NCBI GenBank assembly: GCA_905178155.1
Contig: CAJINV010000030.1
Span: forward strand, 111,727-175,726
Length of the DNA: 64,000 nucleotides
Source: Amoebophrya sp. A120
Lineage: Eukaryota > Protista > Dinoflagellata
Direction: 5' to 3'
Below, piece after piece: positions 21,734 to 34,475 of the stretch. Under the pieces are notes generated by a model. The model was not told the origin of the DNA and searched no databases. It saw only the letters and a list, made by a program, of their open reading frames with translations. Every line of letters starts with the position of its first letter. Within the stretch, counting starts at the first letter, position 1. The position numbers and the translations under genes were made by a program.

Positions 21734-24700
21734 ATGCTGAACATCAACATCCGCGCTGGGGAATTCCAGGACCTGTACGAGTATGCATCGCAAAAGTATC
21801 GTGCTCGTACTCGTACACTTTGCAGCACAGCATGACACCATTGTTGAAATTGGTTTCTTATTCTTACGCTTCCCTCATTCAGCATGACAAATAAGTACAT
21901 TTTTACTTTCTTTCTCCTTCTGGAAAAAATTGTATCAAATGTTATTTGTACCAGTACGATAGGATACTTTTGCAATGTATAATGAGCAGCTAGAAGAGAA
22001 GTATCCGCCGAAGCGCGCCAAGGAGAACTTGAACGCGCTCGTGGTGCATTCCGCCATGGCGTGTTTCGAGAAGAAACAAAAAGAGAGCCCGCCGGCGCCC
22101 GTCTTGATGACGCAGCAGCCCGGACAACAACCTGCCCACGCTGGTCCGTCGACACTCGGCCTTGAGTCGTCCGGTGCTCCGGCGGAGGCGATGAACATGA
22201 TTCCCCTCTCGGCGTCGAGCGGCACTACGCCCGCCGCAGCGGCCCCAGCAGCTGCGGCACCAGCAGCGGCCACTTTGTCCGTACCTGAATCTGGCACCAG
22301 CAGCGGCCGCGCGGAAAATGGCAATGTTAGCGTTCCCGCTGCGAAAGCAAGCGCCGTGGCAGGTACCGCTAGCGCCGTTGTGGCAAGAAGCACCTCCGCG
22401 CTTGATGTTCATCCGGGCGACAGCGTAGCGAATCCTTCATCGACGTCAGGACCTGCTGCTTCGACTGCGCCTGTCGTTGCAGAAACTGCCCCGTCCACAA
22501 GTGCAGCTATTATGCATCGCAAATATTATATCATCTGGGTGTGGAAGTCGTGTTGCAACTTGTAATGCTGCTTTTTGATTCACATTCGAAAAAAATCTGT
22601 ACATATTGCCTGAGCAGCAAACGAACTTTAGTTTTTCTTGCTACGCGGACAGGGCATTTGATTTCACACTGGATAGGCATCAAACAGGACTGAGAAAATC
22701 TGTGATGCTAGGGCGCACATCAGAAACATTGTAAGTTACAGTCATGCAAAATGTGAATGACCACGAGCGTTACATTTTTTCACACCCGGACATAGTTGCA
22801 TTTGATAATTATTGAGAAAAGGACCAATCGCCGTGTCGCGGACGGATATCCTATGCAAAATCATCGTACTCGTAGTTGTAATTGCATTTATGCCTTACAA
22901 AGCCCTTTCTCAAGCTGAAAGTGAAACAGAAACTCAATCCGCCTGACAAATTTCGTCGCGTTGCTGAGCTACAACTTTGTTGTCTTGCAATAGCAATACG
23001 ACGAGAACGAGTGCGATAATTTTGTACTTGATAACGGAACTGAAACTGCAAGAGAGGCGGGAGCTTCGAGTTCTTCGGAAAGCCACTCTTCCGCAACCAT
23101 GGTCGTGAATTCGGGAGCCGGCAGCAGCACCACGCCTTTGGTGTCCGCTCCAACAGTTTTCTCGCCACCCGAAGCTGCCACTGACACTTCTGTGGGTGTG
23201 CCGGGGCTGGCGACCAACAACGACGAATATTTAACAACTACTGCAGCAACATCAAGTGGAGAACAACAAGCTTCAGAAGTCGCAGGGCCAGGCGTTGCCG
23301 CATCGTCCAACTTAACCGCGAGTAGCTCTGGTAGCGTGCCAGCCGGAGAACAAGTAGATGCCGCTGTTTCCTTGCAGACGATCCGTCCACCTCCTGGGGC
23401 GCCAGTTACACAAGTACGACTACAACTACTACCTCTACCTCCTCAATCCACTGTCAGAAACACGGCTTGGCGTCCGTTTCCAGTGCCCGTTCCAGACGAA
23501 ATCGGCCGAGCTATCTACAAGTTCTTACCGGAGCCCCCGGTTTTTACGCAGGTTGACAAGTTGCTGCGGAATGACGTGATTCTAGGACTGCAAGTCACGG
23601 ACGGGATGAGGACGTGGTACCCGAAAGTCAAGTCGTACAAGGAGGGCCTCGATCCGTTCATTGTCGACTTTGCTGACGATGTACCTGTGCGTTTGTCCTT
23701 TTTGCAACACGATTTTGTTAACGGCCAACCTGCATCCAAGTTGTGCTTGCGGTTCAAGATTCATGCTCATGGCGATGGGTATTACATTTATCTGCAAGAG
23801 TTCGCACATTGGACCGACTTGCAGGGCGGCTTCATGCTGAAATTCAAGTCCATTCGTCACGCCGGTACGGTCGTCAAATTGATCGTCCGCTTCACGCCCG
23901 ACGATGTTGACAAGGACGATGTTGACAAGAACAATTTCTACGATCACCACCCTGTGAATCTGGTTACCGAAATTGCGAAATACGGCTGCGACGGGATTGC
24001 GGAGGTGACAAAGCACCTTCCCGGCGTAGAACGTGTCTACGACGGTCGCCGATCGACGCTTACGATTGAGCGGTACCACATGGACTTCAAGGAGGCCTTC
24101 CCAGGGTATCACCGACGGCGCACACAGCGGATGCTTGACGCAGCAAAAATTCCGATGCGATCGCAAGAGACGGACAACACCATTTCGCCAGAGCTGGTTG
24201 AGTCGGACGAGACAAATGCGCTACTAGCAGCACGCTTTCAGCCTTTTGCACATGATTTGGCGAACGCCGAACCGGGTTTCCCGAAGACGTTCGGAGACTC
24301 CAAAGCCAAAGTGCCCACAAACACTTTCAGGCTTTTTCCGAGAGTGGATCGCAGGTCTGCAGAAGTCCTGTTCCAGACCGGTGTCGTATCCGACGTGATT
24401 CCCATCAAGCTAGCGCAGTCCTTGGCGAGTACAGAGCCAGCTCTGCTAAGCAGCGTGTCATTTCATTTCCGACCGAACCCGCTTTCCGCCAACGAGGATT
24501 ACGGAAAAGAAGGAGTAGTAGCGGAAACGGGAATGAGAATCATCCCCAGAGCAGATCCGTACTTCTTCCTCCATGGCTGCGATGGCAGTCTCGCCGTCGC
24601 CTTTCCGGAAATTGGATTTACCCAGGCGTCCTTCACCGATCTTTCTGAGATAGAGTCCCTGAAGTACTGTTACGTCGGGGGCCGACGACGGCTCAATCTT

Positions 24701-26625
24701 GTCGGGAAAAAGTACGACACGAGAGGTGCCACCTCCGCTCGCTGGAGCTATCGCGACAATCGCTCTAAAAGGCGGGATCGTCGCTTTTCGAGACCTCCGA
24801 CAGCACTCATTTTCAGGACAGAGGATGGTGTCGAGCCTGCACTGTCCCTCTTCGTGCGCGTCCAGGATGAAAAGTTGTGCAACATCACTCTGTACTCCCC
24901 GCCGCTCCCGAAAAAGGGGAAAAAGCTCGCAGTGAAGATGTTGTCAACACTGTGCACCAACCACGGCGGGACGAGTTCCACCGCAACTGGCCCCTGCTCC
25001 AAACAGAAACTGCAATGCATAGCCGCGTTGTACGTGCTCGATGTCGGCGCGCAGTTTTGGGATCGCGAGAAGCAAGTAGTCACCCTGCCGACGTATGCTA
25101 GGTTTGCGTCCTTTGGGTCAAAAGAGGAGCTGGTGTACGCGTTGCGGGCCGTCCTAGGCGTCAACAAAGGGCTCGAAGGGTACCAAGAGCGTTTCAACTT
25201 AGGCAGCTTCAAGAGTGCCAAATTCCTCGCCGAGGGGGGAAGCGAATTGAGCCCAGCCGACAGGGAGCGACAACCCGAAAACTATACGGAAGCCCTCCGC
25301 CTGCGGCGCGGCGACGAGCTAGCGGTTCTTGGCGTTTGCGGAACGAAGGAGGAAGTGGAAAAGAAGTACGGGCCGCTGCGGGAATGGGACCTGGGACACT
25401 GCACCGACCTCTCCTGCCTGTACATGTGGACGCTGCTCGACCCGATGTACGACGTGTTCGCGCAGAACGACATGGATTATCCCGCAGTGAGATTTCGCCC
25501 TCTGTTAGAAGAATGTACTGCATGTCCTACATTCTCAACGAAAGACTGATCGTTATTTACGATATGTTTTGTAAGGTATGTGAAGACTGTATTGCAAGTG
25601 AGTAGAGCACCAGGACCAGGAACAGCAGAGCAAGATGATACAACAAAGCACATTTCATCCCGAAGAGCAGCAGCTGCTGCGAGTCCCGAAGCGTGTATTT
25701 GTAATGCTGCTCATCTTCCTTCCAGCTTTTGTCGGACATCCTCAGGACAGAAAAGACGACTTTGTTGAAGGCGATGTTTCTCTCTTGTTTGATGATTGGA
25801 ATTTAGGAGTACTGCATGCCCAATCGCCAGGGAGGCTGTACGTGTGGGCGCCGATATGCTTCATGTCGTATGACAAGAATCCGGACATCTCCTGCTGGAA
25901 CACGTCGAAGGTGACAAACATGTACCGCTGCTTCTGGAATTGGGACGATTTCAATCAACCCTTGACGGCTACGCAAGAGGACGAAAGTGTCGTCACGATG
26001 ACGACGGTCATCATCGCTGGGTCATGCAAGAAGAAGAAAATATCTTCTGTCATAGTCATCTTTTTTTGTCCCAGTCTTCAATTGCTCTCTTTGTATACGT
26101 AAGACCATCAAGCGACTTGTTCTTCACATGGTTTTTTAGAAGTATGGTTTTTTAGAAGTGCCAAAGAAGATGGGTTCAACGGAAAAATTTCTGCAGATGA
26201 TGATGATGATGATGATGATAATGATGACGACGATTTTCGACAGCATAATCTGGTGGGACACCAGCTCTGTAACCAGCATGAACGAGATGTTCTATGGCGC
26301 AATCAAGTTCGATCAGCCGTTGGGCCACTTTGACCTCAGTAACTTGGGCAGTTTGTTCGCCGAATCCGCGAGCCCTTGCCCCGCCGTGGGGCACTACAAC
26401 GACGGCGGTTTGCAGGACATGCTTCGTGGTGCAGCGAATTTCAAGCAGTGGGAATCCTTGCGTTCGTGGAGCCCGGACGCGAACAAACTCGGCCAACAAA
26501 TTCCCGTCGAACCCGAAGCACGGTGTTCGTTTTTGTTCGATCTCGTCAACAAGGAGAAGAACGCCGTTGAGAAGATGGGCTGCGGCGCCTACCTCATGCA
26601 AAGGGTACCCGTTGACTTGCTGTAA
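21734..26625 (+). CDS. Large protein with low-complexity Ala/Ser N-terminus and C-terminal DUF285/BspA-like repeats
   Basis: Frame joined across introners 21782, 22511, 22847 into ORF 23099; repeats YGPLREWDLGHCTDLS, ISCWNTSKVTNM..F..FNQPL, WDTSSVTSMNEMF..FDQPL. The junction near 25500-25830 is unresolved. Confidence 0.7.
21782..21981. mobile_element. Introner, family A
   Basis: TSD acgag/atgag; junction LYE|QLE. Confidence 0.88.
22511..22807. mobile_element. Introner, family B
   Basis: TSD gctat/attat; frame restored. Confidence 0.85.
22847..23033. mobile_element. Introner, family A
   Basis: Perfect TSD acgga; joins into ORF 23099. Confidence 0.92.
25970..26247. mobile_element. Introner, old, containing a (GAT)n tract
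   Basis: IR cgaaagtgtcgtca / tgacgacgattttcg; TSD decayed; removal restores repeat FNQPLTA|WDTSSV. Confidence 0.7.
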
Positions 26626-26923
26626 ACGCCGTCCTCAACGTGGTCACGTTTTCCTGTGCAGAGGATTTCACGAGAGAAAAAGTGTGAAGAAAAACCAACA
26701 GCAGAATGTACCACGTTCAATTGCGCTTCTCAGAACCAGAGCTCCCACCTCAACCTCCATGTGAAGCTTCACTCAGATCATGCTTGTTCAGCCCGTCCGA
26801 CTCCGACGATTTTTTTCATCGAAGAAACGGGTCAAATAAAAGAGTCGTCCATGTTTTACCTTGTGCCAGCATTCCTGATGGAGTCTCGGCCGAAAGAATT
26901 TCCCGGTAGACTTCAACTTTTTA

Positions 26924-27184
26924 TATCAGATGCGAATATATATGGGTCTGGAAACTTGTGATGCTAAAGTGTGGATGACAGGGGAAACATTTCCGAAACC
27001 GAATGCAGCCAAGCATGACAATTCTCCAGAACCCTTTCGCATGCGACGCTGCGTTTTTCATTTTCTATGACAAGAGAGGCTGAAAATTTCCTTCGTCATG
27101 CAATACAGATTTCAGATTCAGAGGAATGCAAAGCCAGCATCACAAGTTCGAACTTTCCAGGCCCAGACATCGTTGCGATGAGTA
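26924..27184. mobile_element. Introner-like element, family B, host gene not identified
   Basis: tgggtctggaaa ... tttccaggcccagaca IR; TSD not clear. Confidence 0.75.
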
Positions 27185-28024
27185 GACTTTTTTGCATATG
27201 TTGCAGTTGCCCTTTCCATCCTGATGCAACCTCAATGTTAATCCAACGGCACGTTGTCTTATTATTGAAAAAATTATATCATTCTTATTGGCCACGATAA
27301 TATACACCGGTAATTAAAGGTAGAAATCAAAAACCATTGGAATTACAGGTGAGGTGGAGTTCCGTTGAATAAATTCTTATATCTGTTGCGAGAAAAAGTG
27401 CGACCCACTGTTGTGTTGGAAAAACCTGACATCCGGTCCTGCACTTCTTGTCCGTAGTACGGAGGTCCGCACTCATTCTGGAAGTCAATGAGTAGAGGTA
27501 GTTGTGATCGGGGGAGCTTCGCCTGCGGCAAAACCAGCTCCTCGTGGCGCACCACGGAAATAGTTTCCAAAATCTGGCTGAATGCAGCAGCACGGAATAA
27601 ATTTGTATACACGTGTCTCGAACAAAAGCGGCATTCGAATTGTAATTTTTCAAACGAAAGATCAAGACGGCACTGAAAGAAAATGTTTAAGCCAGCAACG
27701 ATAATATAGAGAGTTTCGATTCCGTTTCCGACGACAACGCAGACTCAGCTCGTGCTGTTTTACCAGACTCCAATTTTTGTTCGCATGCATGCATGCCAGA
27801 TCTTTTTTTTTGCGGGAGCGGAAAAGCAAAAACTTTAAAAAGCATAACAAAGAGCGAAAAACAAGAAACCAAAAAGATCTCGCGAGTGTAAAAGCCTTGC
27901 CTGATGATCAAAATATATTTTAGTGCTTACGTTTCCATATTTCGTTTGTATGTTTCAGCCACAACCTCGTGATTGAGCTTGAGCAACTAGATCCGCACTT
28001 ATAGTGACCGTATCAGTATTCGTA

Positions 28025-28167
28025 GATATCTTTGGAAGCCTTTCCCTTTGATCTCAGGTCTCTTTGATTGCTTCATTCCAAACAAATTGTCTCCTGTACT
28101 CGGGCCAAGATCCTCATGATCTCGTTAGGACGTATAGCTGGGCCGTGAAAGTTCGTTAATGCCAGCC
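28025..28167 (+). repeat. Near-identical ~143-bp copy of 33458-33600
   Basis: gatatctttggaagcc...gttcgttaatgccagcc present twice with about 4 differences. Confidence 0.95.
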
Positions 28168-28395
28168 TCTGCCCGCCACTCTCTCTGTGGGACACGGCAG
28201 CAGAAGGATCACACGCTTCATCATCGATAGAGTCCTAGTGCTGCTGGCCTACTGCGAACAAAAAATCCTGAACGACGGGAACCCAAACTACGAGAACACT
28301 TTGCGCGCCGGCGTGGATCCCATCTAGAGTCTTTTGAACGCGAACAAACCAAAAGCAGTGAGCGAATATGTTGAATGTCTACATTCGCGCTGGGT
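28166..28395 (+). repeat. Copy of ~21504-21760
   Basis: gggacacggcagcagaaggatcacacgcttcatcatcgatagagtcctagtgctg and gaacactttgcgcgccggcgtggatcccatctagagtc shared. Confidence 0.92.
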
Positions 28396-28714
28396 CGTCA
28401 CGGTCTAGCAGTCGGTAACGCCATACAACAGCAGCTCTACGTCGAAGAACACTTCGCTGCCCTGGGTGGCTTCGACCATCGGTTGCGCGAGATTGGGAAT
28501 TGCAGCGTAGTCTTCCTCGATGACTGCCAATCTTCGAATGCTGTAAACACGTTTGAGCCGGCGCCGGCCCAGATCACGTTAAAATCTTACCGCAGCAGTC
28601 TTCGCATCTTCGGTCAAAATGGAGGATGAATTTCTGCCGCATTCTTCATGTTCATCTGCAAGGCACTATAACCTCTTCGCACCCCGTGTCCGAGACAGTC
28701 GAGCTTTCCGAAAA

Positions 28715-31635
28715 ATGCGCAAGATGCAGAATCGGGTCTCGCAGCATCCTCGTCCATTCCGAACCTCCTATGGATATGGAATGTAAATAAATGAAGAGAT
28801 TGGAAGAATGCATAGCTTTGTCATGCATCTCGCGGACCACAACCACCACACACATGAGCAGGAATGCACACAGAACCATGACAGATTTTGCGATACCTTC
28901 CTCAACCACATGCCTATCCTGCATGAGACATCCACCTTTTTCCTAGCAAAAGGCGGGCAGCTTTTTTTGGCGTACACGCAATACAGATTAATTGATCTGG
29001 GACCAGGGTTATTAAAAGAGCTTAAGGCAAGACTACAACAGATTTTTTTTATTTTTTGTGGTTGGGCGTAGCGGGCGGGCCTCCCCTACAAACACAGATC
29101 CGGCTAGAATTGGATCCCGGTTGTATTGTGCATGTCCCTGCAATTGAAGGGCGGAAGGCTCATAGCATACCACACCCTACCGCTACCACCGAGACTTGCA
29201 TGACAAGCTGCAATCTTCCAGGCTCAGACATATTTGCAAGCTATAATGGGCGCGACTTCACGACAGATGAGGACAATGTGATGATCTCTCGAAGTTTTTT
29301 CGATTCCGTCCTGGGCCCGCTCCTCCGGGCCCTCGCCTCCACAGAATCGCAGCGAGTAGAAACTTTCGAGAAGCTCGGCATTGCAGCGCAGGAACACATG
29401 ATCAGAAAGCGAGGAGTAATTAAAAAACAGCAGCAAAACAACCAGGACAATAAGGCGGATGACGAGGATAGCAAGGTCGCTGCACAGCAGCTCCTAATTG
29501 AAGAACACTTCGCTGACCTGTTCGGGTTCGGCCATAGTTTGGACGAGATTGCGAAGTGCGGCAGCGACGTGATGCTTTGCAAAGGACTGCATGTCTTCAT
29601 GCTGCCGGACGTCAAGGAAGTGCGCGAGAAAATCCAGCAGCAAGCCGCCAGCCTGGGGTCTCCCTTCGTCGATGGGGAGCACAATACCGACCACGAGCAC
29701 GCTGCTGCCGTGCTGGCAAGACTCGGCGAAGTGCGTGATTTGTACGACCTCATCGAAGACTTTGGAAATTTGGCGGTCGACCTCAAGATTTACCAGGAGT
29801 GTTTGGAGGACCAACTCGAGGAAATGGAGGGCTTCGACGACCCTGAGGGTTTGGAGCCGCCGTGGAGTGGCCAGGGGAGGCCTCGCAGACAGGAATCTTT
29901 GGCGGACATCAGACATTGGACCCGTCTTGGGCTTCGTTCACTACCGGAGAAGGCCCCCACCGCCTCCTTGTTGCCAGCAGAAGCCTCGCAGCGTGAAGTT
30001 TCTCGGAACCGCAAACTGCTCAGTCCATTGGGAGTCGAGTCCATTCCTTTGATCGCGTTCAACGTCGTAGACCTCGCCGACAACACGATTGCGGAGGGCA
30101 GGGCAGACATAGCAGCAAAGCACTTGGCGCATAAAAAACAGCAGGACATAAAGATGTTTTTCGATCTGCTGCGAAAATGCAACGAGCGGAGGAACGACAC
30201 GGATGCATTTCACATCAGCGGCTTCGGACCAGAGTGTCCGCTTGTTGGCATGCTCCCGACTAGTTTACACACCCCCGATGGTATTGAGCCGGCTTCGGCT
30301 TACAACTTCATACAGCTACCGATGCGGTGGACCCTGGAGTTGACGCTGTACAACAAGTTGAAAACCTCGATGGCGAGATTCAAGGAAGCAGCACACGTCC
30401 ACCTTGTGCAGGCACTTTCGGTGTCACCAGGAGTCTCAATTGAACACGATCCGAAGTTCGCATCCTTTTTCTTCGGACCGGCGCACGGCCCTGCAGGCAC
30501 GGTCGATGCGTCAGAAACTACTGGTGCTCCGCTGGGACGAGGTGCCTCGTCTGCGTCGATTCCCGCAAATCCGTTACCCGCACCTTCCCATCACGCAGTG
30601 ACATCACCTGCGCAACACCTACACCCAAGGACGCCATTGCCCGAAAAACTCGCGTACATGAAACTGGAAATATGGGAGGACCGGTTTCTCCAACTTCACA
30701 GCTACACGATTGGAAAGAAGCACCGGGTGCAGAAAATTTCAGGCTCCGTGGACGGCAGATACGGGGGGCCGCGGAATCTTGAGAGTAAATCTGAGACTGA
30801 CTGCGTCTTCGGTTTCAGTGTCGTTCCCCACACGGGCAAACTTCAAACACGATATAATGGACTCTGTGGATTGCGTGCATCAAGCGCAGGAAACGAGGAA
30901 CTCATCAGTCTCCCGACCGCAGCTGGAGTGTACACAGCTCTCGCTGATGCGGTAGGTGGTGCTCGCGCTGAGCTTCTTGCAGTCCGGAAGAGGACGCGTT
31001 TTCCACCAGGATCAGGGCAGAAACCGGAAGGCATGGCGAAGTTGAACACCGTACACGGAGGGTGCTACTTCTATTTCAAGACGGCAGTCGAGGAAAAAGA
31101 TTTCATAGCCGACTTCAAGGCATTCGCCAACATCATCACGCAGTACACCGCAAATACCGCAGCGGCGAGGAAGTTACGGAAGGTGATGCGCATTAATTCC
31201 GAGCTGGCAAAAGGTATCTGTCCGTGGATGAGCTTCGTCTATCCATCCGAGGTTTCGAAGATTAGTTTTAAGAAGGTTCGCTTTTCAATCCCGGAAATTT
31301 CGTCCGACGCCTACCCCGACTTGCACGATCCGGACTTAGGTGATGCGACCTGGGCCGACCTTGCGCGAGCAATTTTTTCTCATCGGCTGAAAAATATCGA
31401 CGAAAAGAACAAGCAAGACGAGAGTAGCCGTGATGCTGATGGCACTAGTGGCGATCTCGAAATGTCCTCAGCGCCGGGCGAAACCATTTCGGTGCGCGAT
31501 CCAGTGAAGATTTACGCCGCTTTTCCGGAGGACGAGGATGAGATACCGTCCGATTCGTCTGCGGATGACGACAACGAGGCGGGGTGTGCGCACGACGGTT
31601 TGGATGAAAGGAGCGACCAAGAAGAGAATCCGTGA
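28715..31635 (+). CDS. Hypothetical protein (~820 aa), one introner, acidic C-terminus
   Basis: Short exon ...RTSYG joins the long ORF at RDFTTDED after removal of 28775-29250; start uncertain. Confidence 0.7.
28775..29245. mobile_element. Introner, family B, enlarged (471 bp)
   Basis: TSD atgga/atggg; right TIR ttccaggctcagacatatttgca; core shared with the 53871 element. Confidence 0.8.
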
Positions 31636-33107
31636 GCAGACGGTGATGAATGAACACCGGAGCCAACGACAATCCCGACGAGGAGGTCGACCACGACAGA
31701 TGAGGGTCCGGTTTACAGCTACTTGCAAACAACGATAACACCGCCGCGGAGGCGCAGAACTAAACTTCAAACCTCTTCTGCGGAGAAAATTTCTTCACGA
31801 ACAAGAACAGTTACAGCTCTCTGGCTCCACCAGGTTTTCTTTCTTTGGCTCATATAGTGTCATGCAGTTTTGCATTTAAATCACTTTTCGATTCTCTTCA
31901 TCTCTTTTTTACGAATACATTGCGTGACTAGCAGCTGCCTCGCGTTCTTCAAAACGGTAGTGCCTCTCTCAAACGTCATAGACACAAACCTTCGCTGCAG
32001 TAGCAGATGCAACAGGAGAATAAAAATGAAAAAAAAAAACCTACTGAGGTGGACACGAGGCTGCAACGTCCCAGTTGGTCAGCAGGTAGCGAAACACGCA
32101 CATTGCGAGAAGAGTGCCACTGAAGCCAAAAGTTTCTTTTGTCTGTCGCGAAAAAAGATGGAGGGACGACGGCTCCATGGCAAACATGTGAGGCTTGTTC
32201 CGCAAACTTTTAGTATTATCCGAGACCGGTTGTTTTCTGGACGAAGGTTTTTATAATGAACTGCTTCTGATACCGAAGCACAGTACTTCTATGTCGATTT
32301 TTTCGAGCCACACAAAAGTACACTTTTACTGTTTATGTTTTACGCGGCCTACGACAAATTATGTTGACGACAACGGAATAGTGTCTACCAGTGCAGCGAA
32401 GCAGCGAAAATGCTTGCAACCACGGGTGGCCCAAAGCGAAGGCTGCAACGTGTAAAGGAAAGATGTAAGTTTGGATTCCTACTGGACGGCGGATAGGGGA
32501 GCAAGTCTGTTCTTTTTATCACAAAGTCTGACCTGCTAATGGAGATGGAATCACTTCAAAGAAGCTTTGCGACCTTCGCTTGCACGAACAAGAGTTCTCG
32601 GACGTTCGCGTCGGCCGGTCTTATTTCTGTCTGTGCTACAGCTGCTGGATCCTGATCCTGAAGATCGAAATCTTTGCCTCATTCGACGACAAGCTCTCGC
32701 CACGTTTTTTTTGCGTCGGCATCTAGAAGCGATCTACAACTCGTCCAAAGTGCGAATACGTGTGTTGAGTTCTCAGAGTCTGGAGGCGCCCTCTCAACGT
32801 GATCCCGTGCAACTCACTGAGTGTATGTGATCTCAATGCAGCTGCTGTCGGTGTAACGATGTGTCTCAAACTGATGTTGCGGTTCCCGAAAAACATAATT
32901 GAGGAGACGAAGCAACGGTTCCAATTTTGATGTTTGGTATACCTTCGATCAAACTGCTTAGCACAGGTACTCAAAAACAAAATAGAAGACGGATCTGAAA
33001 TCTCTAAATACATTCCTGTGACAAGCAAGGATCTGGAATCTCGAAACACGTTTTTCTGGAAACGTGGAGATCGAGTTGAATCGAATGCTTGTCCTCTGAT
33101 GCTGCAA

Positions 33108-33458
33108 AGACTCCACCTCGCTCGGCTGTGGGACTTCGTCTTCGATTGGTCGAAATACTGTACCTTTGAATAGAGCACAGAGTTGCTCCACGTGGGCTTC
33201 GGAACTTCGGTTGATCGAAATATTATATTTTGAAAAGGGCAAAGAGTCCACGTCGGCTTTGGGGCTTCCATTGATCGAAATACTATATCTTGAATAGGGA
33301 CTTCGACTTCCATTGATCGAAATCCAGGAGGGTTGCAATTGATCGAAATGTAGAATTTTAGGGCAAAGAGTCCTCCACGTCGGCTGTGAGATTTCGTCTT
33401 CGATTGATCGAAATGCTATACCTTAAATAGGGCACAGAGCAGTCCATGTTGGCTTTGG
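33108..33458. repeat. Degenerate tandem repeat (~60-75 bp units) with TTGATCGAAAT and TCCACGTCGGCT motifs
   Basis: Six ttg(a/g)tcgaaat copies and recurring gggca(a/c)agagt..tccacgt.ggct. Confidence 0.8.
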
Positions 33459-34475
33459 ATATCTTTGGAAGCCTTTTCCTTTGATCTCAGGTCTCTTTGA
33501 TTGCTTCATTCCAAACAAATTGTCTCCTGTACTCGGGCCAAGATCCTCATGATCTCGTTAGGACGTACAGTTGGGCCGTTAAAGTTCGTTAATGCCAGCC
33601 GCGATCAGAATCAAAGAGATACCTGTCTACTCCCCCCGCTATCTTCTCTATAACCCGTATTGCCACCGCCTCGGGTCTCGTACTTCGGTATTTCGAACAA
33701 GTAATCCCACATTTTTTGTATGACTCATAGATCACGGTGGCACGATGTTTGATTTGTTTTTTTCTTTCCCATCGGCCAACGATCCTCGACAAGAAAACGA
33801 CAGGGAGAATCTTAGTGATTCTATGACGAGATATCGATATCGTAAAATATAATTTACTAACCAACTAGCGAATTTGTTTTTTGATAGAGGCAACACCTCC
33901 TGTACCCTCCTGCTAGATTATAGAAAACCCCTTTTCCTACGTACCCTCCATCAATACGAGCGACATTTTTTGGATATGGTAACACCTGCACCTCCCTCCT
34001 GGTGAATAAAATATTGTATATGGATAATTGCAACAACTCATGTATCCCCTTTTTTATTGGAATATTAACTGACTAAAGAGTCGGTAAAAGGCTTTTAAGA
34101 TGTCGTCGGACGAGCTCCACGAATCAGCGAAGGATAAGACTTAAAACAGCTACCTGTCCACATTTGCAGTGCTGACGTTGTCACTTTGCATTCCCACCTT
34201 CAGCGAACAGGACAGCGACAGCCTTCGTGGTCGCCGATGGTGGTTGTGTTTGTGAGTGCGACCAATAGTACAGCCGTCCGCTTCGTCATCCTGCGTGAAA
34301 CCACGTAAGAACTACATCGACGCCTTCTTATGCTTCATTTGCACTGCTGAGTTTGTATCTGGTGCATCAGCCGGCAACTGTACTTCCGATCATTCGGAGT
34401 GCACTTCAGTGGCTGTGTCTTCTCTTGCATCGGTCGCGGCAAAAGTCTTCCAGATGTGGACAGGTGCGGTTTTAG

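Noticed and set aside
26158-26250. Poly-Met N-terminus of track ORF 26158
   Set aside because: It is a (GAT)n tract inside the 25970-26247 intron.
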